DNA from: the human T2T-CHM13v2.0 reference genome, Homo sapiens
NCBI RefSeq assembly: GCF_009914755.1
Contig: NC_060932.1
Strand: one strand, 5' to 3'
DNA length: 64,000 nucleotides
Shown here: positions 55,596 to 64,000 of the stretch, piece after piece
How positions within the stretch are numbered: the stretch's first letter is position 1
How the letters are laid out: the number at the start of each line of letters is the position of its first letter
Position numbers and translations under genes: made by a program
Notes under the pieces: model-generated
What the model saw: the letters and a program-made list of their open reading frames with translations, nothing else
The model's database searches: none
Told to the model about the DNA's origin: nothing

Positions 55596-56714
55596 AGTAA
55601 TATTAATAAAACTTGAAAAAAACAAATGTAAGAATACTGTAGCATCTTCATGCTATTAAGTTTGAAAATAGACAAGATGGAAAAATCCCTAGAAAAATAT
55701 ATTACCAAAATATCTTAAGAAAAAAATTAAAAAGTTCAAATAGTCCAGTTATCATTAGAGATGTTGAGCTGGTAGTTCAGAATCTTCTCAGGAAAGAAAA
55801 CACTAAAGCTAAATGATTTTATTACCTAATTATTTCTAACTGTCAAAACACAGATTATGTGAGTCTTATACTTAGAATTTTTATCTAAAATTTTCAAAAG
55901 AAAAGGTAATCAACTTGTTCTGTGAAGCTGATATAAATGATCTTGATACCAAATGTAGTATGAAAAATAAAATTAAAGACCAATATCATTAATAGACCTA
56001 GAGACAAAATTTCTAAATAAGACATAGCAAATAGGATCTTGGCTTTACATCAAAAGTGAAAAACTACTTTAATACTCAGAAAGAATTTGAAATTGTCATT
56101 TGCCACATTAACGTGTTAAAGGGGGAAGCAATTATTTAAATTAATACAGATAAAGCATTTGATAAGCTCCAACATCCATTCATGATTTAAAAAAAAAAAA
56201 AATTCCTTGACAAACTAGGACTCCCTAACTGGGTGAAGGACATCTACAAAAAACCAAAAATGAAAAACTACCAACAATAAAAGCAAACATTAGTGACTAT
56301 AAAACATTCAAGACTTTTTCTTTAAAGCTGGAACAAAATAAGGATGCCCAGTCACTGGCTTCTCCAGCATTGCCCTGAAGGTCCTAAAAGGCAGCCATAA
56401 AAGAAAATAAGAAGCAAAATTGGAATTATGAAATGATTGCATGAAAGTACACTAAACGGATTACAAATAGTAATTGATGGATTACAAAAGTTCAATATAC
56501 AAGGCCATTGTATTTCTACACACCAGCAACACACAACAACAAACAAAACACCATTTAAAATAGAACACAAAACCATAGACAGTCTAGGCGTAGATCTAAC
56601 AAAACATGTACAAGAGCTATATGGAGAAACTTACAAAATTTTATTATAAAAATTGACCTAAGTACCCCACCAAGAAAAGATTTATCTACCAGTCACTCTA
56701 CCATGCCCTAAATC

Positions 56715-56850
56715 ACTATATCATGTGAATGACTTCAATGCTCACAACAGCCCTCTGAATTAGATTCTCTTATTTTGTGTTAAAAATGAGTAAGTTCAAG
56801 CTCATACAGATAAGCAACTTTTGCAAGATCCAAAGTTATTAACATAATGC
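56715..56850 (-). mobile_element. MIR
   Basis: aatgctcacaacagccctctga...aagcaactttttgcaagatc. Confidence 0.6.
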
Positions 56851-57436
56851 TGCCCCCCGGGAAGCCATTTGTGTTCCATTGAATATGATAAAATTTATGG
56901 TAAATACCTGGCAGTTCAGGAAAAACAAGTAAGTCATGGGGACACTTTTCTGCTCAGACCTGTCACACTAGCACTGATTTTAGGAGATAGCGTTTCACTG
57001 GGCAGAAAGCATTGACAAGTGGGTGGAATTCAGCGCAGGCTGCTGATAAGCTGACGCTGGTCTGGGCAGTCTGTGGAATGCCACAGTTCCAATCCAGTCG
57101 AACCAGGGGGGTGATGACTCCACCTCGGGCCTGAGCCAGCCTGCCTCTGAGCTGCAGCTGTGTGAGCAAAACAGAGTGGGAGAGCATGTGTGGTGGGTGT
57201 GAATACCAGGAGAAGAAGAGTGATAACTCGTCTCTAGGGCAAAAGAATAGACAGAAGCACCCTTCCTTGTTATTTGAGACAAAGGAAAACGTCAGGGCAA
57301 ACTTAAAGGCAAAGGTAGTAGCCAGTTCCATACCTCTCCCTTCTCAACACAATCAAAAATATAGAAACTTTGTATTTGGATCTGTGGGGATTTTTGTGTT
57401 TGTCTTGACTTTTGCATAGGTTAAAAAAATAACACA

Positions 57437-57769
<333 letters not shown>

Positions 57770-58629
57770 TCAGTAGGAGATGACCAGGCCTTAATGTAAT
57801 CACATGTGGAGGGGTAGGGGCCACCATGGGTTGTTCTCTAACAGAAGAGCCTGGAGACTCCTCCTAGGAAATGCAGCCTGGTCCTACCTCCAGTTCCCCT
57901 ACATGTCCTGGTCCCCAAGGCTTGGCCTGGACTTCCCTATTTAGTTATGGAATGGAGAAGCAAGTCACGTGAGGAGTTAACTAGGAGGTAAGGAGGCCTT
58001 TAAATGGTGTATATACCAAAAAAAAGACATTATAAATTCAACATCAAAACGTATACTTTTATACCTGCTCTCAGGTAGCATACTGGAAACTAAAAAAGAC
58101 CTCAGACTTGGAGAGAAGGGAGGGAAACAAAACAAGATTAGACTATGAATGGAAAAATTAGTTCCCATCTAGAAATCTATACCCAGCCAAACTGCCCATA
58201 AAGTTTGTGGATCGATTACCAACAACTTTATTTTCTTGGCCATTTAATGTTTTTTCTTTGTGTTTTCCTATATTTCTCATTCCATTTTTTTTCCTCTAGT
58301 GATTAGGAGGTTATATTCCCTGTTTCTGTTCTTTGGTGATTATCCTTGAAATTGTACCGCATACACTATACTTAAGTTAATATCTTAACTCCAGGCTTAG
58401 AGTGATATGAGGACTTGGGAACATTTGAGCTCCAGTCACTGCCCGTTTGATTTCATTGCTATCCATTTTCAGTTTTTCAGCTCTACACCTTTAATATTAT
58501 TAATTGTGTTGTTATTCTGTCCTGTGTTTATTTTGGGTTGTTTGTATTTTTGCTCATTAGTCCTTGTATCTCAGGCCTTTATTCCACAATAATTTCCTTA
58601 TTCCTAGAGTACGTAATTTAGAAATCATT

Positions 58630-58926
58630 TTATTTGTTTTTTTGAGACAGGGTCTCACTGTGCCACCCAGGCTGGAGTGCAGTGGCACAGTCGTAGCTCA
58701 TTGCAACCCTCAAACTCTTGGGCTCAAGGGATCCTCCCACCTCAGCCTTCTGAGTAGCTGAGACCACAACCGTGCACCACCATACCCAGCTAATTTTTTT
58801 ATTTATTGTAGAGACAGGGTCTCACTTTGTTGCCCAGGCTAATCTCGAACTCCTAGACTCAAGTGATCCTCTCGCCTCAGCCTCCCAAAGTGCTGGGATT
58901 ACAGGTGTCAACCACTGCACCTGGTC
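58630..58926 (-). mobile_element. AluJ
   Basis: Full dimer with TSD tagaaatcatttta. Confidence 0.92.
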
Positions 58927-59019
58927 TAGAAATCATTTTAGTAATTAGTAAATCAGTAAATACGTCAGGTTCTGTAGGTAGAAAATGCTCCTAGTTTTTC
59001 TTTGTCTAAAAATGTCCCA

Positions 59020-59358
<339 letters not shown>

Positions 59359-59682
59359 AAATGTCCTTATTTTACCATCATTCTTGAAAGGAGTTTTGCT
59401 GGTACAGTTCTGAGATGGCTTTCAGAATTCTGAAAATATTCCATGTCTTCTGGCGTCATTCATTGCTCTTTAGAAGGTTGATTTAAGTCAAATTTGTGTT
59501 CCTTTGCAGATGTACTATCTTCTAAATCTTCTCATTGTGTGTACTTTTAAAATCTTATTTGTGTGCTTCTTGCTTTTAACAGCTCATAGTCTTTGGTATT
59601 CTCTAGTTTCATTACAGTGAGTATATTAGTTGGATTTCCATTTCGTTGTCTTGCTTGGTATTTGTTTGGTCTTTTTCCCCCC

Positions 59683-59981
59683 TTTGTTTTTGTTTTGAGA
59701 CAGGGTCTTGCTCTGTTGCCCAGGCTGGAGTGCAGTGACATGATGACAGCTCACTTAAGCCTCAACCTCCTGGGCTGAAGTGATCCTCCCACCTCAGCCC
59801 CTGAAGTAGTTGGGACTATGGGCGTTCGCCATCATACCCAGCTAAATTTTTTAAAATTTTTCCTAGAGACAAGATCTCAATACATTGTCCAGGCTGGTCT
59901 TAAACCCCTCAGTTCAAGTAATCCTCCCACCTTGGCCTACCAAAGTGCTGGGATTACAGGTGTGAGCCACTATGGCCAGCC
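59683..59981 (-). mobile_element. AluJ
   Basis: Full dimer. Confidence 0.9.
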
Positions 59982-62667
59982 CCACTTGGTATTTGTTTTT
60001 CTTCCTGTATCTTAAATCAGTTGGGAAAAATTCTCAATCACTGTAACTACATATTATTGCTTCCCCTCCTCTGTCTTGTTTTACTGAAATTCCTATTAGA
60101 CGTGTTAGACCTTCTCACTCTCCTCTATTTCTGCACCTTCTCTCATGTTTTTTTCCTCTCACTTCTCAAGCTATATTCTGAGTAATTTATTCAGATTTAT
60201 ACCTCAGATCTCATATATACACTTTTCAGATGCATATAGCCATTTGTTACACCTACTCAGTGAATATTTTTATTTCAATAAATGTAGCTTTCCTTTTTGA
60301 AAATGTGATTTCATCCTTCTTCAAATCTATCAAGTCATTTTATGTAGTTTCTTGTCTCCTATTCATATTTTGGGGACCTTTTACCTCTTTAAAACAGTTA
60401 TTCTATATTTTCTATTCATTAATTCTAATATCTCAAGTCCCCAGCAGGTCTGGTGTTACTTCTTTTGACTATTCCCACATGATGGTTTGTTTCTTTGTGT
60501 TTGATTTTTATTTGAGCACATCTTTGTTTGGTCTTATTCCATGGTGAACTAGCAATCCAAGTAAAGGTGCTTTTTTTCAGACAGGATATATTTCTGCTTC
60601 TCTTGCAAACCAGCTGGCCCTGTGGGCCTGGAAGACTTCATTAAGGAGTCTACAGTTCTTGACCCTTTTGCCAAGGCAGCACTTAAGGCTCCTGGCTTCA
60701 TCTGTTCTCCTCCAACATGTGCTTTTTTCACATTCTTATCTTTAGAACAGTTTTTATGTCCATTTTGTGATGTTATTTACTGACTATAATTTCTTCAGGC
60801 TCCGTGAAATGTTTTCTGAGAATATGTCATTTTGTGATAAATAAGCTTCATTTACTTCAGTTACAAAATAAGAGGATTGGAAATTCAGTCATAAATAGGC
60901 TCTCATGAGTAACATCATCTAAACTTAAAAGCTGGGGGGAATCCCATCATGTCGCTGGCTGTCCATCATGGCTGTGTTGCTGCAAGCTGGGACACCAGGT
61001 TTTATCCTGCTGGGATATGAGTGTCTAAACGTGTACTGTCGCAGAGAATGCCTCTTATTGTTGTTCTTATCGTAATGTTATCCTGCAGCTTTTCTCAGTA
61101 TCGAGCATCCACACAAAGCAAATATTTCTTTCATGGGAAACGGTAAAAATGGGAAAAGGACACTCTGTTTCTAGGTAATGTATTTGGTTTAAGAGAATGG
61201 TCATCTTGAGGTACTTTTCAGCCATATTTGGCTTAGGTTTTAGTTTCATGCCTGTGGATGGTGGTTCAAACACCTGCATGAACACATACAGAAAGGATAT
61301 CTTGAATTCAACGTTTTTTTAATCCTGACTCACCCATTTAGGAAGATGACTACAGTGGATTTCTTTTTTTTTTCCCCCCTTGGTTTTTCTTTACTTTCTT
61401 TAAATTATATTGACCAGTCACAGCAGTATATAGTGGCTTTATAATGAAGAAGAGGGAAATCTTGATCTCTGTATTAATCCAAACTGCCTCCTCAAAGACA
61501 AATGTGAATGGTTTTTTACAGAGCCTGCCTTCTGGTACAAGATGCCTGTGGAATGTTCGGTGAAGTGCACTTGGAGTTCACCATGTCGAAGGCAAGACAG
61601 TTGGAAGGGAAGTCTTGCAGCCTGGTGGGAATGAAGGTTCTACAGAAAGTCACCAGAGGAAGGTCAGAACGTGCAGGAATGGCATCCAATTTGCTACAAT
61701 TGTTGGTTCTTTTTCTTAGTCTTTTGTCTCTAATTTTATTTTTAAAATTAAAAGGCAATAAACCAGGATCCTAGAGTTTGCCCATAAAACAAGGCCAGGA
61801 GTTGAGTGGAATCTATAAAGTATCTTTAGGGGAAGAATTTCAATTGACAACGAAAAGAATTAGGCAGATTTCATGATTCATAATTTTATTAAAAGAAGAT
61901 TAAAATGTTATGTATGTCTTTTAATTATGAAAATCTGTCTTTTGTAAGTGTTTTCTTCACTATAACAATAAAGCATCTTTGGGTGGTAGGTTGTGTAAAT
62001 GAAAATCTAATTTAGTGAAAAGACATTTTGTGAGCTTTAAGCAAAATTCTTAAGTTGTCATGTCTTTGCACTTTCCAAAGTAAGCAAGCATTGTTCTCTG
62101 CCAGGTTTCATGGCACCTCGCCCTAAAATGTTGTTTTTGATAGGCAGAGGTGGAGTGTTACAAAGATCTGGCCTATCTGTGCCTGTTACATCTCCAGTAA
62201 TCATTCTAATCTATGAATTAGGGGGAAAAAAAAAAGAAACATTTTTAATGGAACTATCCAGTCATACAGTGAATTGGGGGTTTTCTCAATCTTCTTGTTA
62301 CATCTCTTTCTTTAAATGGTTTGTTATTTTAGCTCTCTTGTTGATGTTTATATTAAATTATAGTAACATCTGAGCTATAACAGTATCGGAAGGAGGAAAA
62401 GTCCAGTTCTGAGTGTATGATATTCTGCTTTTGGAACATTTATTGATAGTATCCTCCAGTAGTTTGCATCATGACCACTCTGGCTGTGGCCATTCTAAAT
62501 GGTGAATGTTTAGTGAGCATTTCCTTGACTGAGCTCAGTAGGCATTTAGCTCTCCCACAGGCCTTGACTTTGAGTCCTGTCTCTCTTTCCTGTGGCACCG
62601 TACTGCTGAGTGACAGCTCTGCCCAAGAGCTTGTTTTCCTGGGAGACATATCCCCTGTAAGCCCTGA

Positions 62668-63171
<504 letters not shown>

Positions 63172-63261
63172 TAGATACGAGAAAAGCTTGGTTGGGTCAC
63201 ATGAGTCTTACCCTTATTAAGACTGAACCTCATTTTAGTCCTCATTAGAATATTCATTGTA

Positions 63262-63563
<302 letters not shown>

Positions 63564-64000
63564 TCAGACTCACAAGCATCTGAAGACTAAGTGTAGTTAT
63601 GGTAACCATCAGGGTCGTTTAGAGGGGAGGGCTCTTTCACTCGGCTGCCACCCACCTGAGCCTGGCAAGGACACGAGGGGGCTCCCGCCACAGGATGTTC
63701 CAGCTGTGCTCCAGGCCAGAGGCAGCTGTTCTGGCTGGAGACTGCAGGACGTAGCATCTTACAGAAATACTGCTGGGGAAGGACACAGCCAGACAGGACC
63801 TGGGAATCTTTGTCTCTCTAAAGGTCCTGTTCTTTCACCATTCTTCTTTATAGCCATACATGTACCTAACATTTAATCTAGTTTTTGTGGTTGGCACTAG
63901 AAGCCTAACCGTCTGTAACATTTACATGGGAAATGTTTTTGCCATGGGAAATGCATTGAGTATTCCAACAAATTCATTTACTGATAAACTTTTGAACCTC

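Overview
This is primate genomic DNA, most likely human (inferred from Alu S/Y and L1PA repeats), and it is intronic or intergenic. I found no recognisable cellular protein-coding exon. The long ORFs are decayed LINE-1 ORF2, a Tigger1 transposase fragment, or Alu/simple-repeat artefacts. The window is dominated by retrotransposons: about 45 Alus, a 4.2-kb 5'-truncated L1PA4-like element with a 15-bp TSD, several older L1s, L2 and MIR. It also holds DNA-transposon fossils (Tigger1, Tigger4, MER58A, MER3), an MLT1A-type LTR and a U6 snRNA retropseudogene. The best functional candidate is a small GC-box/CCAAT element at about 47.3 kb next to a cluster of RCGTG (HIF-type) motifs. The clearest structural observations are an Alu-Alu unequal-crossover duplication with a chimeric middle Alu (8.0-9.0 kb), a possible chimeric U6 retrogene, and one L1 endonuclease site used twice on opposite strands. 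I see no evidence for a genuinely new biological system. Repeat subfamilies and boundaries were called by eye from remembered consensus sequences and are approximate.
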